A DNA stretch of 64,000 nucleotides from an uncultured Bacteroides sp. GTDB taxonomy: Bacteria; Bacteroidota; Bacteroidia; Bacteroidales; Muribaculaceae. A program made the translations under genes and the position numbers. Of the stretch, positions 9,573 to 19,924 are shown in pieces. The first letter of the stretch is position 1, and the number at the start of each line of letters is the position of its first letter. The stretch spans positions 2,798 to 66,797 of the forward strand of contig CAYMNF010000003.1 in NCBI GenBank assembly GCA_964391735.1, written 5' to 3'. The notes under the pieces were generated by a model. It was given only the letters and a program-made list of their open reading frames with translations. It did no database searches and was not told the DNA's origin.

Positions 9573-11878
9573 CCGATTGCCAGGTGGAAAGCTAACGATT
9601 TGCCGAACGACGGCATGTTGTAATAGCCGTGTTTGTCGGTCTTATAGGGCGCATGGATGCCGATGCCAAGGTCGGCGCGCACAATCAGTATATCAAGGTC
9701 ATAACGCAGGCCCACGCCCGTTCCAAGGGCTAGGTCCTTGAAGAAGGTTGAGGCCTTCAGCTCACCCCCGGGGCGCTGAGGGTCCTTTTTCAGCAACCAT
9801 ATATTGCCGCAGTCAATGAAGGTAGCCCCGTGCAGGTCCCCGATAATGGGGAAGCGCAGCTCGGTGTTGACCTCAAATTTGAAGGTACCGGTCTGGTCAA
9901 AATATCCGTTGACAAGGTCCTTGGGCGGCCGATATGAACCGGGGCCCAATGAGCGCACGGTGAAGGCGCGTATCGAGTTGGCACCGCCGATGTAGAACTG
10001 CTCGCTGTACGGCACCTCGGTTGAGTTGCCGTAGGCATGGGCTGCCCCAACCAGCGCGCGTGACACCAACCACACATCCTTGCGCGTGAGTCGTTGCCCG
10101 TAAACTATCTGTGCCGTCCCTTTGACAAATTGTGAGAAGGGGGTGCCAAAAAGCTTCTTCTCGCCATGTTTGCCGCACAGCTGGTAAATGCTCCAGAAGA
10201 CGTTACCGGCCTGCTGCAGCGTCAGTTGGAAGTTGAAGGTGCGCCATTTGCGATACTTGCGGTCAAAGGTGTAGCTGTATAGCATCTGCGGGATATACTG
10301 GTCCCTGAAGGAGAGGGCAACCGCCGGGTTGGCCGCCATGATCGAGTCAAAATCATGGGTCGTCTTCAGCAGCTTGGTGTAGCTTATCTTGAAGGGGGTA
10401 AAGGAGTTGCTGACGTGTCGTGAGTATTGCCAGTCATATGACAATCCGGCATTGAATTGCGCTATCTTGAAGTAGTGCGGGCGGTTCATCAGCTCGGCAT
10501 TCAGCGTTATGCGTGTCCAGTTGAGGACGCGTCGGCGACGGGTAACCCAGTCGGGTGCAAGCAATCGGGGGAATGCCAGGGAGGTGGTGAGGCCAACCTC
10601 GTATGAGTTGAATTTACTCTTTTCATTGCCGTGTCCGGTTTGCCACTCATAGTCGCCATTGATTTTCACCGAGAACTGCTCCCCTCCACCAAATATGTTC
10701 TTGTTGGTAATGGTTGCGGCCAGTCCCGGCCCGAGATAGGAGTTGGACTTTGAGCTGGCATTGGCCTCAAGGGTCGCTTCAAGGGGCTTGTCAAAGGTGC
10801 AGTTGATGTATACGTCCAGGGTCGGCTCCTTGGCAAGCGTGTCAGGGATGGCGTTGATTTCAATGCCGTTGAAGATGCCTAAGCGTGACAGGTAGGTCTG
10901 CGTGTTATTCATCTGGCGCACCGAGAAGATGCGTCCCGTCCTAAAGGCTATACAGCTTGGTATCAACCCCTTGCGCAGGCGCGACGGCATTTGCTGTATT
11001 ATGGTACCGCGTTGGGTCTGCAGGGTGTCGGTCCACTCGGCCGTCAGGTCTGACCGGTAGATATTGGTAACGATTTTACCGGTTTTGAACTGTTGTAGCC
11101 CGAATTTGGGGGCGTTGTCGGCGATGTCAAGACGCAAGGCAATCTGCTCAGGCCGCATCAGCGAATCGGCCAGATAGGTCAGAAAATCAGGCTGGAAAAA
11201 GTAATACCCCTTGTTGCGCACAGCATTGGCTACGTTGACACGCACCTGTGCCAACGAGTCAAGGGCGTAACGTGAGCCGGCCTTCAGGTATGTGCTGCGG
11301 CTTGCTACCGAGTCTATCAGGTGATTGAGGTAGCAGGTATCGGGTAACAGCTGTACAGAGTCAATCATGTAGGGGCGCCCGGTGTTGACGCTGTACAATA
11401 TCTGGGCTTTCTTCTTGTTTTTGCCCTGCACCAGTTGGTAGGTGGCGGTCCCCTGGAAGTATCCGTTGTCCTGCAGTACCTGGTCAATCATTTTTGTCCG
11501 AATCTCAGGGCGCACATCGCTTATCAGTACCGGTTGTTGCACCAACAGGTTATATAGCCATTTCCCGATCTCCTTTTTCGGCTCATCCCAATGGTTCCAC
11601 ACCCACAACCCGATGGGGAAGGGGTAGCGGTAGTAGGGGGAGTACAGGCAGTTGTTGGGCTTGACATTGACAGCCGTTTTAACCTCAGAGGAGAGCCCCG
11701 GGGGCATCTTGACGCTGTCAGGCATCCTGATGTCTATCTTCTTAACCCCGGTGTACAGGATATCCCCCTCAGCCAGGCGTGAGGTGGTAGAGCATGAGTG
11801 CGTCAGCAGTGCGGCAACCGTCAGGAGCAGGGCGCTGACCAGCAGGGTGGGGTGGGAGGTGCGGTGTCTCGGCTTCAT
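9560..11878 (-). CDS. BamA/TamA family outer-membrane protein (Omp85 type)
   Basis: 772 aa with a signal peptide and a C-terminal beta-barrel ending in ...LAFHLAIGYPF. Its start overlaps the tamB stop by 4 nt. Confidence 0.8.
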   Translation of the reverse strand: MKPRHRTSHPTLLVSALLLTVAALLTHSCSTTSRLAEGDILYTGVKKIDIRMPDSVKMPPGLSSEVKTAVNVKPNNCLYSPYYRYPFPIGLWVWNHWDEPKKEIGKWLYNLLVQQPVLISDVRPEIRTKMIDQVLQDNGYFQGTATYQLVQGKNKKKAQILYSVNTGRPYMIDSVQLLPDTCYLNHLIDSVASRSTYLKAGSRYALDSLAQVRVNVANAVRNKGYYFFQPDFLTYLADSLMRPEQIALRLDIADNAPKFGLQQFKTGKIVTNIYRSDLTAEWTDTLQTQRGTIIQQMPSRLRKGLIPSCIAFRTGRIFSVRQMNNTQTYLSRLGIFNGIEINAIPDTLAKEPTLDVYINCTFDKPLEATLEANASSKSNSYLGPGLAATITNKNIFGGGEQFSVKINGDYEWQTGHGNEKSKFNSYEVGLTTSLAFPRLLAPDWVTRRRRVLNWTRITLNAELMNRPHYFKIAQFNAGLSYDWQYSRHVSNSFTPFKISYTKLLKTTHDFDSIMAANPAVALSFRDQYIPQMLYSYTFDRKYRKWRTFNFQLTLQQAGNVFWSIYQLCGKHGEKKLFGTPFSQFVKGTAQIVYGQRLTRKDVWLVSRALVGAAHAYGNSTEVPYSEQFYIGGANSIRAFTVRSLGPGSYRPPKDLVNGYFDQTGTFKFEVNTELRFPIIGDLHGATFIDCGNIWLLKKDPQRPGGELKASTFFKDLALGTGVGLRYDLDILIVRADLGIGIHAPYKTDKHGYYNMPSFGKSLAFHLAIGYPF

Positions 11879-14800
11879 TCTTGGGCGGTTGTTTTTAGCG
11901 GTGGACGCGGGGTGGAGGTGCTGCTGTTGCTGCGGTGCCCGAAGCGGAACAGGTCCCGCAAGGAGTTGAGTTTGCGACGCATCACAAAGCCCACACCGGT
12001 CTGTGTTATCTCACCCTCAAGTATCGACTCAAAACCTGTGTGGCGGAAGATGCGTATGTACATCGACCCCGCACGGTTCAGCAGATACTCAAATGATATG
12101 TCGTTTATCAGGTTCTCTGAGAAGTTCTCATCGGTGTCGGCGTCGGTTGAGTAGTTGCCGCCCACAATTATTTTGATGCGGTCATCGGCGAAACTCTTTG
12201 ACAGCCGGTAGCTGTATGAGGTGGTGGTGGAGGTTGACCCGTCAAACGTGCGGTCATACTGCTCAATGCCGAATGAAAGGTCAACCCCGGGGATGGCACT
12301 GGCGGCCCATGAGTTGATTTTACTCTCAAGGAAGGAGAAGAGGATGTTGCCCCCCAAGGAGGCGTTCCCCTTGGTGCCGGGGCCTGAGTAAACGTTGTAA
12401 AGCAACATATTTATGGCCTGAGAGGCGCGTTGCTCGGGCGTCATCCCCGCAAGCTCGTTTTGCACGGTGATGTCGTCATCGGTTGACAAATCAAATGCCA
12501 CATTCATGTTCTGCAGGGTGTTGGTCACCGAGAGGCCTATATCAAAGGTCACCAGGCGGGAGTTCTGGCCTGTTTGGGTGACGTTGGCCTTGAGGTGGTC
12601 AACGGCATGGATGTTCAGGATGGGGTTGAGCATATCCCCGTTGAAGGCCACATAGCTGCCCTCCTCAAAGTCAAACAGCTTCTCAGACAACATGGGCGGG
12701 GTGTAGCGCACAAAACCTTTCTGTATGGTGTAGCGGCCGGTGAGCCTACCCGAGTTTACCGGGTTCATCGTGAAGGTGAAGTTGCCGGACCCCTGCAGTT
12801 GCACGCGGTTATGCCCGTCGGTCGAAAGGTCCACCGTCAGTTGTGTGCCATCCTGGATATTGAGGTTGGCCTCAAGAATCATGGCCATGGCCATGGCTAC
12901 ACTGTCGGCCTGTTGCACACGTGTGGTGTCATTGAAGTTTACAAACTTCACCATTTGGTTATTTGACGATGACAGTTGCGACACGGTGGTCTCCCCGCCG
13001 GGCAGAATGTAGGTGAGCGATGAGCCGCTGAGCAACGTCAGGTCGGCATCAACCTGCAATATCCCACCAAGTTTGCCCCTCACTGACGCATCGGCATCAA
13101 TCGATGCTTTGCCAAACACCTCGGCGCCGCGAGATTTGCTTGAGTTCACCAACATCATATCCCGGGCTTTGAGGGCAATGTCCAGGCCTATGTCACTAAG
13201 TTTTTTCAGGTCAAGGCTTCCGCCAACCGTCAGCGGGTTGCTGTTGGCGCCGGTTATTGCAAGGTCGTTGAAGTGCACAATGTTGCTGTCAACCGGTATC
13301 GGGTCTGAGGCTATGTGGTACATCTGGCCCAACATGCCCACGTTTACGGCGGCAGAATCAAAGCGCAGATAGCCGTTGATGCCCGGGGTCAGCGTGGGGC
13401 TGAAGGGGCGCAGAACGTCCATTTTGCCACTGAGGTAGCCGCTGAGTTGCGCAACATCTTTGGGCAGGAACGGGTTGGCGATGGACAGGGGCAGACGGTC
13501 CAGGGTCAGGTCAACACGCAGCGGCGGCGCACCCGTGGTGTCACTCTCGGCGACACCGTGCAGTGTCAGGATTTTTGCCGAATCCACTGCCAACCATGCG
13601 TTGGCCTCAAACTGTCGCGAGGCCGGGTTGGTGCGCATGTCAAGGTTCAGGTCAAACGTGCCCATGCGGTTGTTTTCGTATGCAAGGTCGGCAAGATTTA
13701 CCCGGCCTATGGCCGTGGCATAGTCGTTGGAGAGGTTCAGTCGCAAGTTGGCTGAAAGGATGCCCGCAAAGGGTGGCGGGGACGGGATGATGGAAAGCCA
13801 GTCCTGGATGTTAACCTTGCTGATGTCTACCATCAGGTCGCGATTGTCGCCAATGGTGTCAACCTCAGACTTGACGGTGTACAAGCGTATCGAACTGGCG
13901 GCATCAGATACCGATAGGTCAGCCTCGAGTCGCTTACCCAAAAAGTTATAGCTGATAAAATTGTCGCTGTTTACGTTCCACTGCTTGTAGGCGATGACGG
14001 GATTGTAGGGCATCAGGCGCATCGTCACCGTTGAGTCCTGCGCCGTCAGCATGGCGCCCAAGCGATACCCGGTTTCCCCCTTTATGTTCTCCTGTCGAAG
14101 AAGGGCCGTGAGGCGTTGGTCGCCAAGGTACCCGTTCACCCACACGCGGGCAAAGTCGTCAAGCGTGCCGGGGCGGTTGCCTATGTGGGCGTTGTAGGTG
14201 AGGAAGTGGCCGCGCTGCACACCGGTCAGGGTCACAGTGTCAATAGCCATGGTCTGCGTCTTCAGGCCCGTCAGCTGCCCGGACAGGTGGATCAGAGAGT
14301 CGTTGGTGAAGGTGAGACCGATGGTGTTGAAGTTTAGGTTCTCGGTGTCCAAGAATTGCGTGATGAGATTATTGGTGCCACCCGCGACGAACAGCGACAT
14401 ATTGGGGAGCGCGCGTTGCAGCGAGTCAACATTGATGCTGCGGTTGGCAATCTGGTGGTCAATCAATGTCTGAACACCGCTGATGCGTGATAAAATATCC
14501 TGTAACGAGGAACGCGCTATCAGCAGGGCCGTCAGGTCGCCGTTTTGCAACGACGCATGCACCGAGTCGCCCGTCAGGGTAACGTCCATGGCCGTGGGGC
14601 CGGCGGTGAGTTGCAGGCTGTTGAGCAATATTGATGCGGTGTCGATATTTGCTACTGCCGAGATGTCCCCGTTCTTTGGGTTGTATGTGCCGGTGGTGGT
14701 CAGTTGCAGGGTGCCACCAAGGGTTGAGTCGCTCAGGCCAAGAGCATGCAGGTCAAGATGCCGCACATCCCCGGCCACATCCCAGCTGTAGCTGTCAGGT

Positions 14801-16647
14801 GCAAAGTTGGCATCAAAGTCGATATTTACGTCAGCATCGGGGACCGCCGAGTTGAGGACACCCCGGGCATGGCGGTCGGCCAGCGTAGCATGCAGGGACA
14901 GGGGGCTGAGGTTGTTGCCTCGATAGGCCAACTTTGCAACCTCAAGGTCAATTTTTGATGCAGCGCGTGTGCGTGCCGGGTCAAAGCCGTTGCCAACGGC
15001 TGTCAGGGTGGCCGTCACAGCTCCTATCCCCAAATTTGGCATAAAGGCATCAACGGGGAAGGCATCGAGCTTCAGGTTGGCGTTATATCGCTCTGCGCCC
15101 ATCGAGAAGGTGCCCTTGACGGCGGCACGTCCGTTGTTGGCGGTGGCAGCCAGGTTGGCGGTGACGTTGGCAGGCGATGAGTATTTCACCGTCCCTTTTA
15201 CCGTCATGCGGTCAGGAAGGCTGAGGTCGCTACCTATATATTTTGCCAGCAGTTTTGGGGGCAGGCGTTTGGTGCCGCGTAATGCCCCGTCAATGGCAAT
15301 GTCGGCAAAAAGGCGCTTCATGTTATTGTAGTTGCGCACCTGGCCCGACAGCTTCAGGTCGGCAAACCCGGGGTAGGACACCACCCCGCGGCGTATGTTC
15401 ACATCGTTGTCGTTGGCAGCGGCATCAATGTCGAGGGTGACGCTGCGTGGTGAGGGGAGAACGGCCAACGTCGGGCGCATACTCGGGAAGGCTGACAATA
15501 CATCGCCAAACCCGATGCTGCCGCGGGCATTTGCGTTGATGTCAAGGGCTGACCCCATAGCCATGACGGCATTGGCCTCAAGACGGGAGTGGTCGGTGAG
15601 CAGGGTGAAGTCGCTGACACGCATGCGTGTGGAGTCCATGGCAAAGAGGCCGTGCGCGTTAACGTGCAGGCCGCACCGCTCGGTGGCCTCAAGCAACGTT
15701 ATGGGCACCGAGATTTCCATGCCACGGTTGCTGAAGTTGCTGATGTCAATCCTGACGCCGCTCACTTGCAGGTAATCCATATCCAGCCCCGGGACGGGTT
15801 TGGCACCGGTGACGGCATACAGGGCGTCGCGTGCCGACAGGTGCAGCTTCTGTGCCGTTATCAGCCACGGCTCTGAGGGCACGGTGTCAACCGGCACCTC
15901 AGGCACCGGCTCGGGGTTGCGCGGATACAGGTACCGCGCCGTGACGCCGTCAACGGCCAGCGACGCGGCGTTGATGCGCCGCGCGGCCATGTCGATTCTG
16001 CCGTCAAGCAGCGTGGCCTCGGGGACCGAGCACTGCAGGGTGTCGATGGTGGGGTCCAGCCGCATGGCAAAATTGACGTTGCGCAGATTGATGCGCTTAG
16101 CCGTAATGAGCATGGGGGAGGTGGTGGTGTCCGTGGGGCTCGGCACAGTGTCGGGATGCAACACCAGGCTGATGTCGGCCCCTGAGAGAAGGGCCTGTCC
16201 AAGGTCTATCTTGTCAAAGCTGAAGGTGAGGTTGCTTTTGTCAAGCTCAAACTTGTCAAGCCGCGCACGCAGCCACATCAGCGAGTCGGCAGTCCCCAAT
16301 TGGTAGAACCCCGAGTCCAGCCGCGCATAGTTTACCTGCACATCCCCTTTGAACAGCGGCATCAGCGCCACGCCCACATCCAGGCGTTTGCCGCTGAGCA
16401 TGGTGTCACCCGGGGTTGTCACCACGCACACGCCGTCAACACTGAGGCGCAAGGGCCAGCGCAGCCGCAGGCGGTCAACCTTTACATCCCACCCGGTTGA
16501 CTTCTCAACCTGTGAGACAGCTATATCCTTGGCAAAATCCTGCACAAACGGTATGTAGAGAAGTACCGGTATCAACAGCACAAAGAGCACTATCCCCAAG
16601 AGTATCCTCAGGATGATGTGTAATGGTCGTTTCAGGGTCTTCTTCAC
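11875..16647 (-). CDS. tamB: Translocation and assembly module protein TamB (AsmA-like, DUF490 C-terminus)
   Basis: 1590 aa with a single N-terminal TM anchor (LRILLGIVLFVLLIPVLLYIPFV) and long beta-rich repeats, located directly upstream of the Omp85 gene. Confidence 0.8.
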   Translation of the reverse strand: MKKTLKRPLHIILRILLGIVLFVLLIPVLLYIPFVQDFAKDIAVSQVEKSTGWDVKVDRLRLRWPLRLSVDGVCVVTTPGDTMLSGKRLDVGVALMPLFKGDVQVNYARLDSGFYQLGTADSLMWLRARLDKFELDKSNLTFSFDKIDLGQALLSGADISLVLHPDTVPSPTDTTTSPMLITAKRINLRNVNFAMRLDPTIDTLQCSVPEATLLDGRIDMAARRINAASLAVDGVTARYLYPRNPEPVPEVPVDTVPSEPWLITAQKLHLSARDALYAVTGAKPVPGLDMDYLQVSGVRIDISNFSNRGMEISVPITLLEATERCGLHVNAHGLFAMDSTRMRVSDFTLLTDHSRLEANAVMAMGSALDINANARGSIGFGDVLSAFPSMRPTLAVLPSPRSVTLDIDAAANDNDVNIRRGVVSYPGFADLKLSGQVRNYNNMKRLFADIAIDGALRGTKRLPPKLLAKYIGSDLSLPDRMTVKGTVKYSSPANVTANLAATANNGRAAVKGTFSMGAERYNANLKLDAFPVDAFMPNLGIGAVTATLTAVGNGFDPARTRAASKIDLEVAKLAYRGNNLSPLSLHATLADRHARGVLNSAVPDADVNIDFDANFAPDSYSWDVAGDVRHLDLHALGLSDSTLGGTLQLTTTGTYNPKNGDISAVANIDTASILLNSLQLTAGPTAMDVTLTGDSVHASLQNGDLTALLIARSSLQDILSRISGVQTLIDHQIANRSINVDSLQRALPNMSLFVAGGTNNLITQFLDTENLNFNTIGLTFTNDSLIHLSGQLTGLKTQTMAIDTVTLTGVQRGHFLTYNAHIGNRPGTLDDFARVWVNGYLGDQRLTALLRQENIKGETGYRLGAMLTAQDSTVTMRLMPYNPVIAYKQWNVNSDNFISYNFLGKRLEADLSVSDAASSIRLYTVKSEVDTIGDNRDLMVDISKVNIQDWLSIIPSPPPFAGILSANLRLNLSNDYATAIGRVNLADLAYENNRMGTFDLNLDMRTNPASRQFEANAWLAVDSAKILTLHGVAESDTTGAPPLRVDLTLDRLPLSIANPFLPKDVAQLSGYLSGKMDVLRPFSPTLTPGINGYLRFDSAAVNVGMLGQMYHIASDPIPVDSNIVHFNDLAITGANSNPLTVGGSLDLKKLSDIGLDIALKARDMMLVNSSKSRGAEVFGKASIDADASVRGKLGGILQVDADLTLLSGSSLTYILPGGETTVSQLSSSNNQMVKFVNFNDTTRVQQADSVAMAMAMILEANLNIQDGTQLTVDLSTDGHNRVQLQGSGNFTFTMNPVNSGRLTGRYTIQKGFVRYTPPMLSEKLFDFEEGSYVAFNGDMLNPILNIHAVDHLKANVTQTGQNSRLVTFDIGLSVTNTLQNMNVAFDLSTDDDITVQNELAGMTPEQRASQAINMLLYNVYSGPGTKGNASLGGNILFSFLESKINSWAASAIPGVDLSFGIEQYDRTFDGSTSTTTSYSYRLSKSFADDRIKIIVGGNYSTDADTDENFSENLINDISFEYLLNRAGSMYIRIFRHTGFESILEGEITQTGVGFVMRRKLNSLRDLFRFGHRSNSSTSTPRPPLKTTAQE

Positions 16648-16659
16648 CGTGGCAGTGGG

Positions 16660-16899
16660 TTATCTTTGTTTCTGTTTAGGCGGCGGAACGGGGTCGTATC
16701 CGGCCCCTCCCCAGGGGTGGCATCGCAGTATGCGCTTCAGGGCCAGGGCTGTTCCGCGCAGAACCCCGTGTACCCTCACGGCCTCAATGGCGTACTGTGA
16801 GCAAGTGGGGGTGTAGCGGCATGAGGGGGGCAGCATCGGCGAGATGCACAACCGGTAGAACTTCACCGGCAACAGCCAGGCCTCACGCAATGCTTTCAC
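16660..16899 (-). CDS. yidD: Membrane protein insertion efficiency factor YidD
   Basis: 79 aa containing [19 protein letters not shown]...RILRCHPW, the signature YidD motif. Confidence 0.9.
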   Translation of the reverse strand: MKALREAWLLPVKFYRLCISPMLPPSCRYTPTCSQYAIEAVRVHGVLRGTALALKRILRCHPWGGAGYDPVPPPKQKQR

Positions 16900-18065
16900 G
16901 CCTGGCGGGGTTGTTCGGTTTCGGCATACAGGGCCTCAAGCAGGCGCACATCAGCGTCGGTGAGCTCAACATGCCGGCGGGCCATGACCGTGCGGGCAGT
17001 CTCAAGGAACCGCGGCAAGGAGGCGTGTTTAAAGCCCGTGATGGCCCCACCCTCGCTGAACGACGGGATGAAGGTGCGGGGGAATCCGGCCCCGTAAACG
17101 TTGCAACCCACGCCCACAACTGTGGCCGTGTTGAACATCACATTGATGCCGGCCTTGGAGTGGTCGCCCATTATCAGCCCGCAAAACTGCAGGTTGGTGC
17201 GGTCAAAGCCCTCGGTGGCATAGTTCCACAGGCGTATCTTGGCATAGTTGTTCTTGAGGTTTGAGGCCACACACCCGGCACCGATGTTGCACCACTCGCC
17301 AATGACGGCGTTCCCGAGGAAACCGTCGTGGGCCTTATTGGCATACCCTTGGAACATCACGTTGTTTATCTCACCCCCTACTCGGCAATGCGGGCCGATG
17401 GTTGAGTCGGGCCACACATGGGCACCGAGGTTGAGGCGCGACCCCTCCATAAGGGCGAACGGGCCACGAATGCAGCACAGCTCGGTCACCTCGGCATCCT
17501 TCCCGATGTATATCGGGCCGGTGGTGGTGTTCAGCACGGCAGCGGTCAGTTTTGCTCCCGGCTCAATGAACAGTTGGGACGGGTCACCGATGAGGGTGCA
17601 TGTGGGGTCAAGGGGTTGACCGGTGCGTGAGGCCGTGACAGCCTCAAAGTCGCGGCGCAGGGCCTCGCCATTTCCCTCAAACAGGTCGGTAATGCGGGTT
17701 ATGATGTCCAACTTTCCGGTGAACTCATGGCGGCGCAGCGGCTCCCCCACGTGGGCTATCAGCGTATCGCCGACATACAGGGCATCCCCGCCGATAAAGC
17801 TCTCGATGACAGCGACTAACTGAGGGGTAGGGCATACGTTGCCGGCAATAAACAGCTCGGTTTGCCTGTCACCCTTTGAGCGTGGCCACAGCTCATCAAG
17901 ACGCGGGTCGGCCGGCGCCCAGCTATAGTTGCCGGGGAGCATAGCCTCCCATTTCTCGCGAATCGTCAACATGCCGCGACGCAGGGCTGCAACGGGACGG
18001 GTGAAGGTGAGGGGCAGCAGGTTGCGGCGTACCTCACCGGGGTCAAACAGGGTGATATTGCGCAT
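16896..18065 (-). CDS. Putative sugar nucleotidyltransferase with C-terminal left-handed beta-helix (GlmU-family-like)
   Basis: [40 protein letters not shown] plus C-terminal hexapeptide repeats ([24 protein letters not shown]). Start at the internal Met11 is uncertain; the alternative is 18095. Confidence 0.6.
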   Translation of the reverse strand: MRNITLFDPGEVRRNLLPLTFTRPVAALRRGMLTIREKWEAMLPGNYSWAPADPRLDELWPRSKGDRQTELFIAGNVCPTPQLVAVIESFIGGDALYVGDTLIAHVGEPLRRHEFTGKLDIITRITDLFEGNGEALRRDFEAVTASRTGQPLDPTCTLIGDPSQLFIEPGAKLTAAVLNTTTGPIYIGKDAEVTELCCIRGPFALMEGSRLNLGAHVWPDSTIGPHCRVGGEINNVMFQGYANKAHDGFLGNAVIGEWCNIGAGCVASNLKNNYAKIRLWNYATEGFDRTNLQFCGLIMGDHSKAGINVMFNTATVVGVGCNVYGAGFPRTFIPSFSEGGAITGFKHASLPRFLETARTVMARRHVELTDADVRLLEALYAETEQPRQA

Positions 18066-18145
18066 GACAGCGTGTGTGTTGGTGAATATGCGCAAAATTA
18101 CGAAATATCACTGAAATATCGCTGAAAAATCGTAATTTTGCCTGC

Positions 18146-18709
18146 GTGGAAATAACGAAAACGCCCATTGACGGCTTATTGATTCTATCCCCTCCCCGTT
18201 ACGGCGATGCCCGCGGATACTTTAGCGAGGTGTGGCAGCAGCAACGTTTTGACGCGGCTGTCGGCAAAAATGTGCAGTGGGTACAGGATAACGAGTCGGT
18301 GTCACAGACAGGCGTGTTGCGCGGGCTGCACTTTCAGCGCGCTGACGCATCCCAGGGCAAATTAGTGCGCGTCATCAGCGGCCGGGTACTCGACGTGGTG
18401 GTTGACCTACGCCGCCGCTCCGCAACTTTCGGGCGGCATTTCGCCCTCACTCTTGATGATGAATCAGGGCGTCAGCTGTGGGTCCCCCGTGGGTTTGCCC
18501 ATGGTTTCGCCGTGTTAAACGGCCCGGCGCGTTTCCTGTATAAGGTTGACAATTACTACAACCCGGCCGCTGAGGTTACGTTGCGGTTTGATGACCCGGC
18601 CTTGAAGATTAAGTGGCCTGAGATGCCCCAAACCCTTCTCTCGCCCAAGGACCTCAACGGCCTGAGCCTCTCACAGCTAATCGAACAAGATATTTTGCCC
18701 GATGCGTGA
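18146..18709 (+). CDS. rfbC: dTDP-4-dehydrorhamnose 3,5-epimerase
   Basis: 187 aa with DARGYFSE, RGLHFQ and KLVRVISGRVLDVVVDLR motifs; GTG start. Confidence 0.9.
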   Translation: MEITKTPIDGLLILSPPRYGDARGYFSEVWQQQRFDAAVGKNVQWVQDNESVSQTGVLRGLHFQRADASQGKLVRVISGRVLDVVVDLRRRSATFGRHFALTLDDESGRQLWVPRGFAHGFAVLNGPARFLYKVDNYYNPAAEVTLRFDDPALKIKWPEMPQTLLSPKDLNGLSLSQLIEQDILPDA

Positions 18710-19538
18710 ACGACTTTTTGTAAGCGACATGGACGGCACATTGCTGGGTGCCGACTCAAGGATTAGTCCCGCCTCAGCACGCATGCTCAACGAGGCTGCA
18801 GCCGCCGGCGCGCTTTTCACCGTGGCAACGGCAAGGACCCCGGCAACGGTTGAGCCGTTGCTGCAGGGCATTGACACACGCATCCCCGCTGTGGTGATGA
18901 CCGGCGCAGGGCTTTGGGACCACAACCGTGGGCGGTACATTTCCCTGCAAACTCTTTCCCATGCCGAGGCGCGTATTGCCGCCGATGTGTGTCAACTATA
19001 CGGGTTGATACCTGTGGTGTATTGCCGGGGTGCAAATCAGATTCTTGAGGTTTACCACCCGCAGAGCATTCAAGAACCCTCGGCTGAGAAGTTTATCGTT
19101 GAGCGGTCAGCACTGCAACTCAAGAAGCTTCACCCGGTGACGAATCCCTTGCTGCGTCTTGTCGGTGACGATGTTGTTCTGCTCCTGGCCATGGGTCCGA
19201 AGCAGCAAGTTCAGCAGGCCGCCGCTCAGCTGCAAAATGTGGCCGGGATGTCAGTGTCATGGTATAGCGACCCGGGGTATCCCGGCATATATTTTCTGGA
19301 AATCTTCGGTCCGGAAGTGAGCAAGGCCCACGGATTGCAGCGTTTGCGGGAGTATACCGGAATTCAGGAGGTAACCGTCTTCGGCGACAATTACAACGAC
19401 CTGCCCCTTTTCGAGGCCGCCGACTATGCCGTTGCCGTCGAGAACGCCGTTGAGGACGTCCGCAACGCCGCCGACGAGGTCATCGGCCCCAACTCCACCG
19501 ACGCCGTCCCCCGCTACCTCCTCGCCCACTGCCTGTAA
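18702..19538 (+). CDS. Cof-type HAD-IIB family hydrolase
   Basis: FVSDMDGTLL (DxDGT motif), TARTPATV and VFGDNYNDLPLFEAADYAVAVENA. Confidence 0.8.
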   Translation: MRERLFVSDMDGTLLGADSRISPASARMLNEAAAAGALFTVATARTPATVEPLLQGIDTRIPAVVMTGAGLWDHNRGRYISLQTLSHAEARIAADVCQLYGLIPVVYCRGANQILEVYHPQSIQEPSAEKFIVERSALQLKKLHPVTNPLLRLVGDDVVLLLAMGPKQQVQQAAAQLQNVAGMSVSWYSDPGYPGIYFLEIFGPEVSKAHGLQRLREYTGIQEVTVFGDNYNDLPLFEAADYAVAVENAVEDVRNAADEVIGPNSTDAVPRYLLAHCL

Positions 19539-19597
19539 CCCCGGGAGGTAACAAATACAAATATTTAATCCCCCATAGTTTACCCCCACCCGTAGAT

Positions 19598-19626
19598 AAT
19601 ACCCGTGCGTCCCTTCGTTCGGCCCT
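19598..19626. repeat. Degenerate copy of the GC-rich repeat module CGTGCGTCCC(T/A)(T/C)CGTTCGG
   Basis: AATACCCGTGCGTCCCTTCGTTCGGCCC resembles 63776..63808 and the 60380..60410 family. Confidence 0.5.
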
Positions 19627-19677
19627 GTAAATATGCTAATAATGCGGTATGGATTCATTTCGGGGGAGGCAAATATT

Positions 19678-19708
19678 GAGGCCGTTCACCCATCCGGGGA
19701 ACGGCCTC
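19678..19708 (-). terminator. Hairpin downstream of tRNA-Leu (10-bp stem GAGGCCGTTC/GAACGGCCTC)
   Basis: Perfect inverted repeat with an 11-nt loop immediately 3' of the tRNA on the minus strand, followed by an A/T-rich stretch but no clean T tract. Confidence 0.4.
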
Positions 19709-19715
19709 GTTGAGC

Positions 19716-19799
19716 GGTGCGCACGGGGGGACTCGAACCCCCACGCCCGAAAGCACCAGATCCTAAGTCTGGCGCGGCTACCAATTACGCCACGCGCGC
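19716..19799 (-). tRNA. tRNA-Leu (anticodon UAG), long variable arm
   Basis: Minus strand reads GCGCGCG-TG-GCG-TAATTGGTAGC-CGC-G-CCAGA-CTTAGGA-TCTGG-(variable arm)-GGGGG-TTCGAGT-CCCCC-CGTGCGC-A-CC. The cloverleaf was folded by hand; the acceptor stem has one G-U pair. Confidence 0.9.
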
Positions 19800-19924
19800 T
19801 TGCTGCAAAGATACATATTTTTCACGCCCCGCGCAAATTCCATTTTATGGGGCGGAAATATAACAAGGGAGGCCGCTTCCCTGTGGGCGCGGCCTCCGTG
19901 TGGATATTTGTAAAGCAAACTGTA

